A DNA stretch of 64,000 bases from Podarcis pityusensis. Lineage: Eukaryota. Location: NCBI GenBank assembly GCA_964106645.2, contig OZ067049.1. One strand, 5' to 3'. Both the position numbers and the translations under genes were made by a program. The notes below the pieces were generated by a model. The model ran no database searches. It was given only the letters and a program-made list of their open reading frames with translations, and had not been told where the DNA came from. How positions within the stretch are numbered: position 1 is the first letter of the stretch; each line of letters begins with the position of its first letter. Below are positions 1-11,135 of this stretch, piece after piece.

Positions 1-761
1 GTCAAGTAGTCATGAGTGTACTCTCTCATTTTGTGTTATGCCATGTCCCATGGCAGCCATTTTGAAGGGTAGGGGAAGGGCGGGAGAGGCGTTTTACAGT
101 TTATCAAGATACGAGCACCAACAACTCATTTATTTAGTTTTACAAAGTCAGGGAAGGACTGGCTAAAGTGTTATAACTCAGAGCAGATCACAGCCCTGAT
201 ACATTTATGCAGGATTCTGGAAAGTGGGGGGCCTTATTCCAACATTTCCTTAGTCACACGATAGCTGTCAAAACATTGCTCCTGTACGACTGGCTGGTTA
301 CTGTGTTAATGTTTCAAAGTGTGGGGCAACTAGCATGGGACCTCTCCTCATGATCCAGATATGGTTACAGCCTGCCCTCCATAATTGTCTCACAGGTTTT
401 CTGGGACAGCAATGCTGCGGCATTGTCAGAGCTGGCCAAAGACATTTTGGCACCTGAGGTAAATCGCAAAATAGTGCCCCCCTCCCTGCCAGGAAAGGAA
501 GAGGTGAGGGAAGATCTACAACAGGAACAAGTCAGGGGGATAAACATCTACATTGGGATCTGCAGCTCCTGTGGATCCTGCCGCCTGAGGCGATTGCCTC
601 ACCTTGCCCCATGGGTGGACCGGCCCTGGGCATTGTATAAAACAGAATGGGAAGAGTCTGTGAGTTCACAGTGGAGCGGATGAGGCCTTGGGTCAACGCT
701 ACTCTGCTTTCCATTTATCTTGTAATACAATCTAAAGATGGAGTGTCATGTCATGTTAGTA

Positions 762-987
762 CACTGGTACCTCAGGTTACATACGCTTCAGGTTACAGAC
801 TCCGCTAACCCAGAAATAGTGCTTCAGGTTAAGAACTTTGCTTCAGGATGAGAACAGAAATCATGCTCCGGCAGTGCGGCGGCAGCAGGAGGCCCCATTA
901 GCTAAAGTGGTGCTTCAGGTTAAGAACAGTTTCAGGTTAAATACGGACCTCCGGAATGAATTAAGTACTTAACCCGAGGTACCACTG
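762..987. mobile_element. Tc1/mariner (pogo/Tigger-like) MITE
   Basis: TIRs CACTGGTACCTCAGGTTA and (rc) CAGTGGTACCTCGGGTTA; TA target duplication at 760-761 and 988-989; internal TTCAGGTTA repeats. Confidence 0.85.
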
Positions 988-1001
988 TACTGTCCTTCTG
1001 C

Positions 1002-1004
<3 letters not shown>

Positions 1005-1058
<54 letters not shown>

Positions 1059-1093
1059 CCTCCCTCCCTCCCTCCCTCCCTCCCTCCCTCCCC
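1005..1093. repeat. (CT)n/(CCCT)n microsatellite
   Basis: Direct reading. Confidence 0.95.
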
Positions 1094-2269
1094 ATCATGC
1101 TTTCAGATTATCACCAGTCTTGCTACTCAGTGCTTGAGACACTGTGTATTGCATTATACTCTCTGACTGGAAAAATATATTCATCCGCTCTTGCCTTGAC
1201 ATTTATTACTGCCTCACTCTTATTTGACACTGATGCAATGTGCTCTCAGTGTACAGTGTCTGCATGCCCATGCAAGGACAGCTTCCCAAAAGCCATTGCT
1301 GTTCCTCTGAGAATACAGAGAAGGTGGCAAAAAATGTACCACTGAGAAAGAGTGCATGAGGATTTGCATCTCCCTGTTCCTCCATTAATGAAGGAAGGGG
1401 CATCCACACAACATCCTCCCCATCCAAGTGTTGTTCTAGACCTTTCACCTTTTAAATGCAGGGTTTCTCAATCCTTGGAAAGTTTGAAATGGCCAGATTT
1501 TTTTAAAAGCTCATTTAAAAGAGGGGAAATCTAGAGAAACACCTAGGTGGAGAAGACATTGTCTGGACATCCCTACATTAATGGAGAGACGGGCAAGTTC
1601 AAATCCATATTTTGCACCGGTATGAACAAACCCTCAGAGTAACAACCAAACTACCCCATAGTTTTCCCTGAGTAAGGTGGTAAAGTCAGGCGTGTGGTGA
1701 TGGGTTGTCTCAATGAATAGCACGCCTCAAGCACTTGGGCATCCTGTGAAACCTTTAGAAGTTCCAGACTGTGGTGAGCTGTGACTTCTGTGTGTATCCA
1801 GGATGTATTAAAGAATTCAGGTGAGCTGTTGCCAAACCAAGGTATCAAGTTTGTAGTGGCTTCATAACCTTAAAAAAAGGTCATATAAATCCATCACTGT
1901 GCCCCAATTTTAAGATGAGTGAAAGGAAGGAATGCTCATTAAACAAGCCACCACTCTCTGTATACCCACAAAACCACTGGGACAAAGCCAAGCCTGCAAG
2001 TCGACTCCAGTTGAAACATGAGGAGGAAAAATAAAACAAGACCGACTCTAGCCATATCTGCTACACCCATTCAACAGTTGTTGCATCCTCCTGCCCAAGG
2101 TGAAACAGCAGCCAGAAACCAGGACAGAAAGGAAGGACTGACCTTTCTTTAGCTATCATATACAAGGTGCTGTAGGGAAGACATAGCTAAGGAATGCGGA
2201 AAAGAGGCTTAAAGGCTGTGGCTCAATTGCACAACTCATTCACGCTCTAACCTAGACCTGCCCTGCCAA

Positions 2270-2515
2270 TGTCTGATAGCTATGTTTCTCTTCAAGCAGG
2301 CCTTTGGATGATAAAACAATCTATGGCCTTTTAAATGTGTTTGTGGAAGGGGAGTTACTGGCGGCGTTGGGGGATTGTTATTATGTTATGTATTTCGTGT
2401 TTTCGTTTTGTATTTTTATGTTGTAAGCCGCCCCATGATCTTCAAATGAAGGGTTATATATAAATTTAATTAATTAATAATAATAATGGGTGATTATTAA
2501 TAATTAATAATAAAA
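2270..2515 (+). mobile_element. L2-type LINE 3' tail
   Basis: Shares tggccttttaaatgtgtttgtggaa and the T-rich tail with the copy at 8050-8390; ends in TAA repeats. Confidence 0.6.
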
Positions 2516-4149
2516 GTGGGTGATAAGACTGGAATTTTGTCTGCAAACACTTCACTGCGAAATTGCATCAGGGAATGCCATTGATCTTCAAAGCGATGCA
2601 ACATTTAGACAAATTCCTGCTGCATCTAACCCAGTTCCTGCACAACATTTGTAAGCTACATAAACTTTGTTGCAACACTGGCCTTAATCAATTATTATTA
2701 ATTCATTTTTTATATAAGCTCTAGTTATATGAAGATCTGCGCAACTGATGATGTCTATTTCTAGTCAGTGACAAGGAAGATTCTGCTTGTACAGTGGGAA
2801 ACCCCCATTGCACAAATGATGCATTCTCCGATTCACAGTAAAGAACGAGCCAGTCTCTTTTCACGCACCAAGCCCCGCCCACAATATCTTTGGGCTGCTC
2901 AGCAGATCTTTGCACAATTGACACAAACATCTAATCATGGGTAGAGTTTCTAACATGAAACATTATCCGTCAAACGTGAAGATCCAAAGAGTGGTCCATT
3001 CAGCAGGGAACATTGGGGCAGAGATCTTTGCAAGTGTCCCTCTGCCCCCATCTCTGAGCTATCACCTGTATTACAGCTCAGTGAAGACCTTCTTCGACCT
3101 TCCTTGTTCGGTCCTGCTCCTCTTCCTAAGTCCAAATTTTGACCATGACCTTCCATGCCCATGTATATTTTATGTCCCATTCTTCAGAAGACAGGGCGCA
3201 CTGAATAACTCCCAAAGCCAAGTTATTGTGAATGAAATTAGAACAAAGTCCACATCCAAAATGTGTGTGTGTTTCAGATATTTCCTAGTCGCAGAATCAG
3301 ACCCACGGGACCTGCCTGACCAGAAGCATGGAGAAAAAAGGGGCCTTTGTCTGAAGGCACAGCCTGATCCCAGACTGGTAGGCAGCATCTGGGACCCGCC
3401 ATGGCCAATCACATCTTAGCTGGGTGCACTGGTTAATTCAGAAACAAGTGCTCAGCATTCTTCTAGGCATATGTGCCTCCCTGGACCAATATTTTTAATT
3501 GGGTGGGTGGGTGTGTCCCCTCAAGGGTCCCAGGTTTTCATTTCTGGTTTCCATTCTCCTCCTGGTCTGCATCTCCTGGGTTTCATTTCAAAATTCTCCA
3601 GCAAGAACCAGGTAGCTCCCTACTTATCTGTGTATTATTTTCTGTACACACACCCTTCCACAATGACCGTTGCTCCTCCATTTGTTCAATAGCGCAAAGC
3701 AAGGAGCATAGTTGCAGTGAAATCAATGCATGTTTAGAAAAACACATTTTGCTCCGTTCTTGCTGCGATCTCTCCACTTTGTAAGTCCTTTGTGCAGCAG
3801 CTTTTTATTTTATTTTATGCTGGCTGTCATCCAAAAATAGAAAGAGTTTGAATGAAATGGCAAGCACTTTAGTTTCACGGAGAAATGTAAGGTTACTTTC
3901 GCGCAAGGGTTGTTACAAATGACTTTTGGTCCTGAATGTGCGATGTGTGAATGCCTCAGATGTGTGAAAGAAAGCAAAAGAAAGCCAATATTAAACTGAG
4001 TGTCCATTTTCTAACCAATGAGATTTTAAATTCAACCTATGGACCAGAAGCAGGAAACAGAAAAACCAGCTTAAGTTGCCACTTGTGGAAGTAGCCTAAT
4101 ATGAGAATTATGTATCGCTCATGTATTGCATCCATATGCCCAAGCATTT

Positions 4150-4309
4150 ACACCCATTTGATTCTGAATTGATTTTAGAATGTATTTTAATTAATTGACT
4201 GTGATTTTATGTACACTGTGCTATTTTTACTTATTGTTAGCTGCTCTGAGCCGGGCTTTGGCCAGGGAGGGCGGGATATAAATAAAAATTAGTAGTAGTA
4301 GTAGTAGTA
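4150..4309 (+). mobile_element. L2-type LINE 3' tail
   Basis: T-rich UTR, gctgctctgagcc...gggcgggatataaataaa terminal motif, (TAG)n tail. Confidence 0.55.
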
Positions 4310-5016
4310 AGCATTAGAAAAATTCTATAAAGTGAATGAAGATGAATAAATCACAAATTCAAAGTGATGAAAATGTCCTCCGTTACTTACCAGTGTTGCC
4401 ATGTGTAATTTTCTAATCAAACATCAAAAAATCACTTTAAATTCTCACTAAAATTAACAGGAGAGCAGCTATGCATGAAATTAACTCCCACTTGACTTAA
4501 GTGGGGGCTTAAAACTACTGAATTTCAGTTGAATCAACCCAGAAAGCAGTAGTCCTTATGAAGATGTGTGTGCTCAGGAAAAACAACTAGATGTGTGCAG
4601 CTGGGGATCTCCTTGAGGTTTCTAATATAGCAGCTTGCACAATGGACCGGGCAATCTACTTTCAGTTTAAAATTGCCTCCCCTGTTCAGCGATACAAGCA
4701 GCTGTGGGTGAAACTTCAAAAACACCTTGGGCTCTGCATCCTTTCTCCTGTGCTCCTGATACTTTTTTTTTCTATCTGGAATGCTGCAAATTTGCTGGCA
4801 GCCCTAAGGGGAAGAGTTGGCACCCCTTCCTTTGCTGCTGCTGCCTGCTTGTGGGGGAAAGGGGCAGCACATCGCTTTCATCCCATTCCATCTACCCAGT
4901 CAAAACTGCTTCCCCAGCTATTTGCCAAATGAAAGCAAGTAACATTTTTGCAAAAACTGCAATTATAAATTAATGCAGCCTTCAACACCCTAGGCCCGTT
5001 CAGATGTTGTCAGACT

Positions 5017-5399
5017 AGGTAAAAGTAAAGGACCCCTGGATGGTTAAGTCCAGTCAAAGGCGACTATGGGATTGCAGCGCTCATCTCATTTCAGGCCGAG
5101 GGAGCTGGCGTTTGTCCACAGACAGCTTTCCGGGTCATGTTGCCAGCATGACTAAACCGCTTCTGGCACAATAGGACACATTCTGACAGAAGCCAGAATG
5201 CATGGAAGTGCCATTTACCTTCCTGCCGCAGCTGTACCTATTTATCTACTTGCACTGGCATGCTTTCGAATTGCTAGGTTGGCAGGAGCTGGGACAGAGC
5301 AACGGGAGCTCACTCAGTCACAGGGATTTGAACCACCGACCTTCTGATTGGCAAGCCCAAGAGGCTCAGTGGCTTAGACCACAGCGCCACCCGCATCCT
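5017..5399 (-). mobile_element. Sauria SINE, full length
   Basis: Minus-strand head GGATGCGGGTGGCGCTGTGG, body GCAGTGCAAGTAGATAAATAGGTAC-like, tail CCTTTACTTTTACCT. Confidence 0.9.
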
Positions 5400-5412
5400 C
5401 CCATTGGCTACT

Positions 5413-5625
5413 GATTTGTTTATTGAATTTACATCCTACATTTTTCTCCAAGCAGCTCAATGTGGCATATGTGTTTCTTATTGGATATTTTAATTCCTAC
5501 AACCTCTCTGTGAGGTAGGTTAGGCTGAGATGCAGTGATGGGCTCAAGATCACCCAGTGAGCTCCATGGCCAAGTGGCGATTTGAACCCTGGTCTCCCAG
5601 GTTCTAGCCTGACTATACTACACTG
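5413..5625 (-). mobile_element. MIR/CORE-like SINE
   Basis: acaacctctctgtgaggtagg...cacccagtgagctccatggccaagtggcgatttgaaccc core plus reverse B-box. Confidence 0.65.
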
Positions 5626-6839
5626 AACGATGGGAGTTGTAACCCCAGTGGAGGGCACTGGATTGGAAAGGGCTAAATTAACAATTTAGGTTGTATTTAT
5701 AGTTGTTATTTTATTTTAAAAAACCACACAAACCACAGGGCTCATTGGAAAAAGCATTTCTCTGAATAGTACTGTATAATCCAAGATATGCGAAAAAGAA
5801 AAGGGAAATCAAAGCTGTGAGATGACATTAAATTATAAATAGAGTGTGTGATTATATCTTCAGTGGCATTTTCTCTCTCTACATCTTCAGTGACATGTAC
5901 AGTACATGGACTGCAATATTTTCCAGGCTACTTTTTCCTGAAATGTTTAATTCTTCAGTATCACGTAGGCAAAGAGCCAAGAGTTTACAATTACCTTTAA
6001 GAAAACTGGTTTAAATTATTTCTTCTTTCTAAAAACAAAAAACCTAAATACTATCACGGACTGAATAGGCACATCAGCTTTAACATATCAAAACCCGCAT
6101 TTTTCATATTAACCAACTTGGGTAGAAAGGCTTTGCAATGCATGGGGCTTAATAAGTGCACTTAAAAGGCAACCAGATCTTCAGCTGGCAGAAATCTGCG
6201 GTGCATTCAGGTGGATTTAAACACATTTCCTTAGCACCATTCAAACACCAAACAATCAGCTCAAGGGGAACAGGTAGCTAAGCATCCTCCTCAAGTTACG
6301 GATGGAAAATTAAGGCAGACAGGTTGTTGACATTAATCCACGGAGTATTCAGGCCCAAGTCTGTGCAGAGATTGGGCGACAGGAATCAGAAGAAAAACGG
6401 GGCTGGTGTGCTGCCGAGTGCACCCTGTAGCCCAGATGCAAGATAATCATAGCTTTGCCATTCCTAACAGATGCTTGCTGATCAAGTCTAATTTTAAAAC
6501 CTAACAACCAGTGGTGGGAGCTCCAGAGGCCTGCCTCGGAATCTGTTCTATGGCATGGCGATGTTTGTAGCCCATTTCATTACAACCTTCTATTGTCCTG
6601 CATTGTGCAGTGACCAAGGTAAGCAGTGGAGATCTCAATCTTTTCATGCAGCTTTTGAAAACTCTTTTTTGCCACCAAAACAAATGCAACCAACTGCTAA
6701 TACATAATCTGATGTAGCAGCCTTGCTGAAATTAAGAGATTTGTATCTGTTCAGTGCCTTTGAAAGCCCTTGAGCTCCCTAGAGAGAAGGTGGGGTGTAT
6801 TATATTAGTGCTGCACTTTCAAGTGTTCAAAGTAATTCA

Positions 6840-7290
6840 CATGTGTTGTTGTTGTTGTTATATTATTATATCCTGCCTTTTTCCCTAATGGGACTCTAGG
6901 CGACTTACAGCTAAAATCGAAACAGCTAAAAACATATAAAAAACAATCATTCAAAAACAATGAAACCTTAGTCGAATTAAAATATATACATATAAAAGAT
7001 CACATACAGATCTTTACAATAAACACGTCACAACACCAGCCCTTTCCCTAAAAGCAGTCAGTTCCCAAAAGCCACTTGGAACAAGAAAATATTCACCTGC
7101 AGCAGAAGGACAAGGTGGGAGCTAGTCTCTAGGCAGGGAGCCCCAAAGTCTGGGAGAAGCAGCCAAGAAGGTCCACTCTAGCGTTCCTACCAAGTGTGCT
7201 TGGGAGGGGGGCAGGACCAAGAGAAGAGCCCCCTCTGAACCTCTCAGAGCCCAGGAAAGTTTGTATGAGGAAATACGGTCTTTCATGTTT
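6840..7290 (-). mobile_element. L2-type LINE 3' end
   Basis: Reverse terminal motif (tatatcctgccttt...ctaggcgacttaca) and degraded ORF2 end. Confidence 0.5.
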
Positions 7291-7351
7291 TCACTCTTAG
7301 CAGAGGTGGGCAGAATTGAGACTAGGATGCATGGAAGACTTCTAGGTGGGG

Positions 7352-7812
7352 AAATTGAAATACTTTGTCACTTGTACAACTTGTATACAGTGAGATTACA
7401 CGAGCACCCCCCACTCAGCTTAGTCTTAATTCCCCTCGTTTACTGGCGCACACCCACCAACCCGAAAGTCAGTTGTTATTTTTTCCTTCAGCAGCCTAAC
7501 AGCCCACGGATAGAAGCTGTTCTTTACCCTGTTGGCGCGACTAATCATGCTTCTGTATCTTCTGCCTGAGGGCAGGAGATCAGGAAAGTGCCGGCCAGGG
7601 TGTGAATCATCCCTGAGAATTTTCCTTACTCTCCTGAGGCAACGTTCTTCCACTATTTCATCCAGCAGATTCACGGGACAGCCCATAATATCTTGTGCTG
7701 TATTCACCACCCTCTGTAGGCACTTCCTATCAGATGATGTCAAACCAGCATACCACACCGTGATGCAGTATGAAAGAACACTTTCTATTGTTGACCGGTA
7801 GAAGATCATCAA
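7352..7812 (-). mobile_element. Rex1/Babar-type LINE, 5'-truncated 3' end
   Basis: Open frame FYRSTIESVLSYCITVWY...LQRVVNTAQ...DDSHPG...LLPSGRRYRS...SFYPWAVRLL, the typical Rex1/Babar C-terminal region, followed by a short 3'UTR. Confidence 0.85.
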
Positions 7813-8000
7813 AGAAGAACCATAGATCAGTTGCAGAGCATCTGCCTTGCATGGAGGCCTCAGGTTCAATTCCTGGCATCTCCAGGAAAGGTTAGAAGAC
7901 AACCTTGTCTGAAACCCTGGAAAGCAGCTACATGGTTTGTTGTTAACAATCTAGGTGAACCGATCATCTGACTCAGTATAAGGCAGCTTCCTCTGTTCCT
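7813..8000 (+). mobile_element. tRNA-Ala-headed squamate SINE
   Basis: Degenerate A box and B box (ggttcaattcc), then body ctgaaaccctgg...ctgactcagtataaggcagcttcct. Related copies at 42178-42365(-), 53885-54072(+), 55868-56063(+) and 56340-56835(-). Confidence 0.7.
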
Positions 8001-8049
8001 GTGGTGAGGGAGCCTATAAAAATCCTGTGTTGCAATTCCCAGATGAACC

Positions 8050-8390
8050 AACCTGGACTCTGCAATCATCATCTGAGGGCCCTTCTTTGTGTACCTCCTC
8101 CATGACAGGTCCAGAAGATGGCAACACGAGAATGGGCCTTTTCTGCGGTGGCTCCCCATTTGTGGAATGCTCTCCCCAGGGAGGTTCGCCTGGTGCCTTC
8201 ATTACATATCTTTAGGCACCAGATGAAAATATTTCTCTTCAACCAGGTGTTCTGTGGCCTTTTAAATGTGTTTGTGGAATGGGGTTATTGAATTTGTTTT
8301 GTTTTGTTTAATTATTCTGTATTTTGTATTCTCATTTTGCATTCTTCTGTTCTAACCTGCCCTAGGATCTTCAGTTGAAGGGTGATATAA
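8050..8390 (+). mobile_element. L2 LINE 3' end
   Basis: Encodes AFSAVAPHLWNALPREVRL...FRHQMKIFLF, the L2 ORF2 terminal motif, then a T-rich tail. Confidence 0.75.
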
Positions 8391-8697
8391 AACCCTTTAT
8401 CTACAACTGCAGAAAATCCCTCTTAATTATCTACAACAGCGAAAAGTTCCTCTTCCACACATCTAGATGCAGCAGGCCTGTCCTTTTTGCTTTTCTTTGC
8501 TATTGCATCATCTGGCCACCCTAACTCTGATCCTTAGCATCTTTTCTCTGAAGTAGGTCTACTGCTTCCAGTCAAGTTTGCATAACAGTTTATAAGACTA
8601 TATTTTGGAAGGTGTCACTCCTGGATGGTGGTAGTGTGAGACAGAAAGTGAATGAGAACTTATTGAAGCCAGTGAGATGTGCCTTTTTTAATACCCA

Positions 8698-8790
8698 AGG
8701 CTGCAATCCTAACTCCACTTACCTGGAAGTAAGCTGCTTTGGTCCAATAGGGCATACTTCTGAGTAGCTAAGGTTCAGACTGCACAGTAA
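8698..8790. mobile_element. ~85-bp palindromic MITE-like repeat (PIF/Harbinger-like family, representative copy)
   Basis: ggctgcaatccta...cttacctggaagtaag...caatagggcatacttctgagtag...gactgcacag followed by TAA. Confidence 0.6.
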
Positions 8791-9032
8791 AATCTAGCCC
8801 CCTTTAATCTAGCCCCACTACTCTGCCTACAGGTAACTGCATACTAGCGGACAACTGTTTGCCACCTTTATCCAGTCCTTTGCTTTCAGACTATCAGAGC
8901 AAGGTCATAACGCCTCATCCACAATACCTTTAATCTTCTTGATTAAACTCATCCCTGGAAGCTGTGAAGCAAGAATGAAGTGTCCCCTGAGCAGCTGCAG
9001 AGTGCTTTTCCCTCCCTGCTGGGCAATGGTGG

Positions 9033-9251
9033 TGTTTTGTATGGAACAGTAGCGACGTCTTCAGGCGCAAGGAGAGCCCGGGCGATTTCAAACGTCTCCT
9101 CTCCGCAGACGCTGAAGAATATCGCCCTCTTCTTGGCGTCTTCTTCGTCGGTGACCCCTTTGGCTTCTAGGAGGAAGGTGAAACGGGAGGCGTACGCTTC
9201 CCAGTCTCCAGATGCTGGGTTGAATGGCGAGAAGCTGCTGTTGGCTGCCAT
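9033..9251 (-). pseudogene. Gypsy gag N-terminal fragment
   Basis: MAANSSFSPFNPASGDWEAYASRFTFLLEAKGV...KKRAIFFSVCGEETFEIARALLAP...PYKT; the frame runs into host DNA after 9033. Confidence 0.75.
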
Positions 9252-9357
9252 TCTGAGTTCCTTGTGCCCCGGAGCTGAAGCCTGGATACACGGTGCGAGG
9301 CAGCGGTGCGGCAGTTGGCGGTGCTGCGGTGCTGTGTGTGGCAGTCAGCTCAGCGGG

Positions 9358-9375
9358 ATCCCATCCTCGTCGCCA
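9358..9375 (-). other. Primer-binding site for tRNA-Ser(GCU)
   Basis: Plus strand ATCCCATCCTCGTCGCCA matches the vertebrate tRNA-Ser(GCT) 3' end plus CCA (from memory); 1 nt from the LTR end. Confidence 0.8.
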
Positions 9376-9606
9376 GTGAAATATACTCAGAGTCGCAAAG
9401 TGATTTCATGCTCTTTATTCAGCTCATAGTGGTGAGGAGGAATGAATGAATGTCCCCTCACAGTATCTGCTTTATATACATTATTTACACAATGGGCTGC
9501 ACATGATTGGCTAATTCTGGAATTCTACTGTAAGCCAATCAGGTTGTGGATTCACTTCTATCTGGAGCAGGATTGGGTGGTTCCTGCCAACCAATCATAC
9601 TGCTGC

Positions 9607-9730
9607 ATTGTTCTAGGACCAATCAGACTGCTGCATTCTGAATCCTATTGTTCTAGGACCAATCAGACTGCTGCCTTTTGGATCCTATTGTTCTAGGACC
9701 AATCAGACTGCTACAGTTTGGATCCTATTC
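9607..9730. repeat. Three 40-bp tandem repeats in LTR U3, each with a CCAAT box
   Basis: attgttctaggaccaatcagactgct units start at 9607, 9647 and 9687. Confidence 0.9.
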
Positions 9731-10219
9731 AACTCAGTACATAACAGGTGGTGACAAGAAGTGCCGGCTTTTATCATTTCAAAAGGAGAGCGCCCATTTC
9801 TTCTGTGAAGAAGCTTTGCTTGCTACAAACCTGAGATGATTTTGCACAGGACACAATAGTTGCAGTGAAGGATCAGTGCAGTGTCATTCAGAGGGCACCC
9901 CAGAAATGGACACTTTGCTTTATCTCCCAGTTACTCTGGGAGTACAGTGCTGAACAGGATCGCCCTCTGACCTCTGCCACGGCCAGGGGACCAAGGACCA
10001 CTGAATTGGGGGGGGGGGGGTGAAATGCAAACAGCAGATCCAGCCAGCCTCATCCATCAACCCCAGATGCTGCTGTTTCAGTCCTTGCCCTCCTCCTTCC
10101 GGTCCATTCCTTTTTTCTTTTCTATTGTGCAGCAACAATTTGTTTTCAACAAATAAAAAATCTGTACACTGTTTTAAAATTATACATGCTTTTTATTAAT
10201 TGTAATATTCATATAATAA

Positions 10220-10365
10220 TGATGTTGTTTACATCCCACCTTTCTCTCTAAGTTGGTAACCTGTGCATAGTTCTTCCTCTTCCCATTTTATCCTCATGAC
10301 AACCCTTTGAGGTAGGTTAGGGTGAAAGGCAGTGTCTGGCCCAAGTTCACCCAGTGAGCTTCATG
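10220..10365 (-). mobile_element. MIR/CORE-like SINE fragment
   Basis: acaaccctttgaggtaggttagg...cccaagttcacccagtgagcttcatg, related to 5413-5625. Confidence 0.6.
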
Positions 10366-10984
10366 ATTATGATGTCTACTCAGAAGTAAATGCTCTTGGG
10401 CCCAATGGGACTTTCTCCCAGCAGGTAAGTGCATGTAAGGCTTGCAGCCTTAGACTGCATATAACCCCCTCCATATCGTATCATCTGATCACTGTTATGA
10501 ACAGCAAGACAGGGTGTTTCAAATCAGCAACATCTTTTTCTCAATCAGCTTTCGTTTCCTTTGCTTTACACCCAGCCGGTGGGAGAGTTCTGACGAACTC
10601 CGAAGCTTGCACACTAAATAATTTGGACTTTGGAATACTTACAGGAAAGTACTTCCAAAAGCTCCGATGAACAAACCATTATCTGAAAGACAAAGTGGAT
10701 GATGCTGAAAACAGCATCTGGATTCTGCAACCTGCATTTTTGCAGGTTAAAAGAAGACACAGGGCAAGATAAGTCAGTAGAGGCTTTGATTGCAGAATGG
10801 CTCGCTTCTACATTTGATCTGAAGGCATCCTCAGGGGGGCACCTGGAGAAAAGTTCATAAAGTTTTACTTGAGAGCAACACCTGGCACCCCACAGGTAGA
10901 ACTGTAAACTGTATGAATTATTAAGAACAAGGAGCTCGTGCTAAAACAAAACAGAATTAAAGTTGCAATCACATTTAGGCATTT

Positions 10985-11135
10985 ACATGCTGTGTACTGA
11001 AACATGTTTCCTGCCGCCAAAGAATTCTGGGAACTATAGTTTAAGGTGCTGAGAATTATAGCTCTATGAAGGGTAAACTACAATTCTCAGGATTCTTTGG
11101 GGGGGTGTATGCAGGTATATAAGGTGTATGCAGCC
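10985..11135. mobile_element. Palindromic non-autonomous DNA element (related copies about 40270-40440 and 56100-56265)
   Basis: Inverted arms aaagaattctgggaactatagttt / aaactacaattctcaggattcttt. Confidence 0.55.

Larger units (their letters stand above)
9033..9746 (-). mobile_element. Truncated Ty3/Gypsy (Mag-like) LTR retrotransposon: 5' LTR, PBS and gag 5' end
   Basis: LTR 9746-9377 (TG...CA), PBS, gag start at 9251; GGTGG duplicated at 9028-9032 and 9747-9751. Confidence 0.88.

Noticed and set aside
290-760. Possible degraded LTR (TATAAAA about 636, AATACA about 724)
   Set aside because: No clear termini or TSD could be defined.
9607-9730. Regularly spaced repeats resembling a CRISPR array
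   Set aside because: The spacers are similar to each other, the context is a vertebrate LTR, and there are no cas genes.
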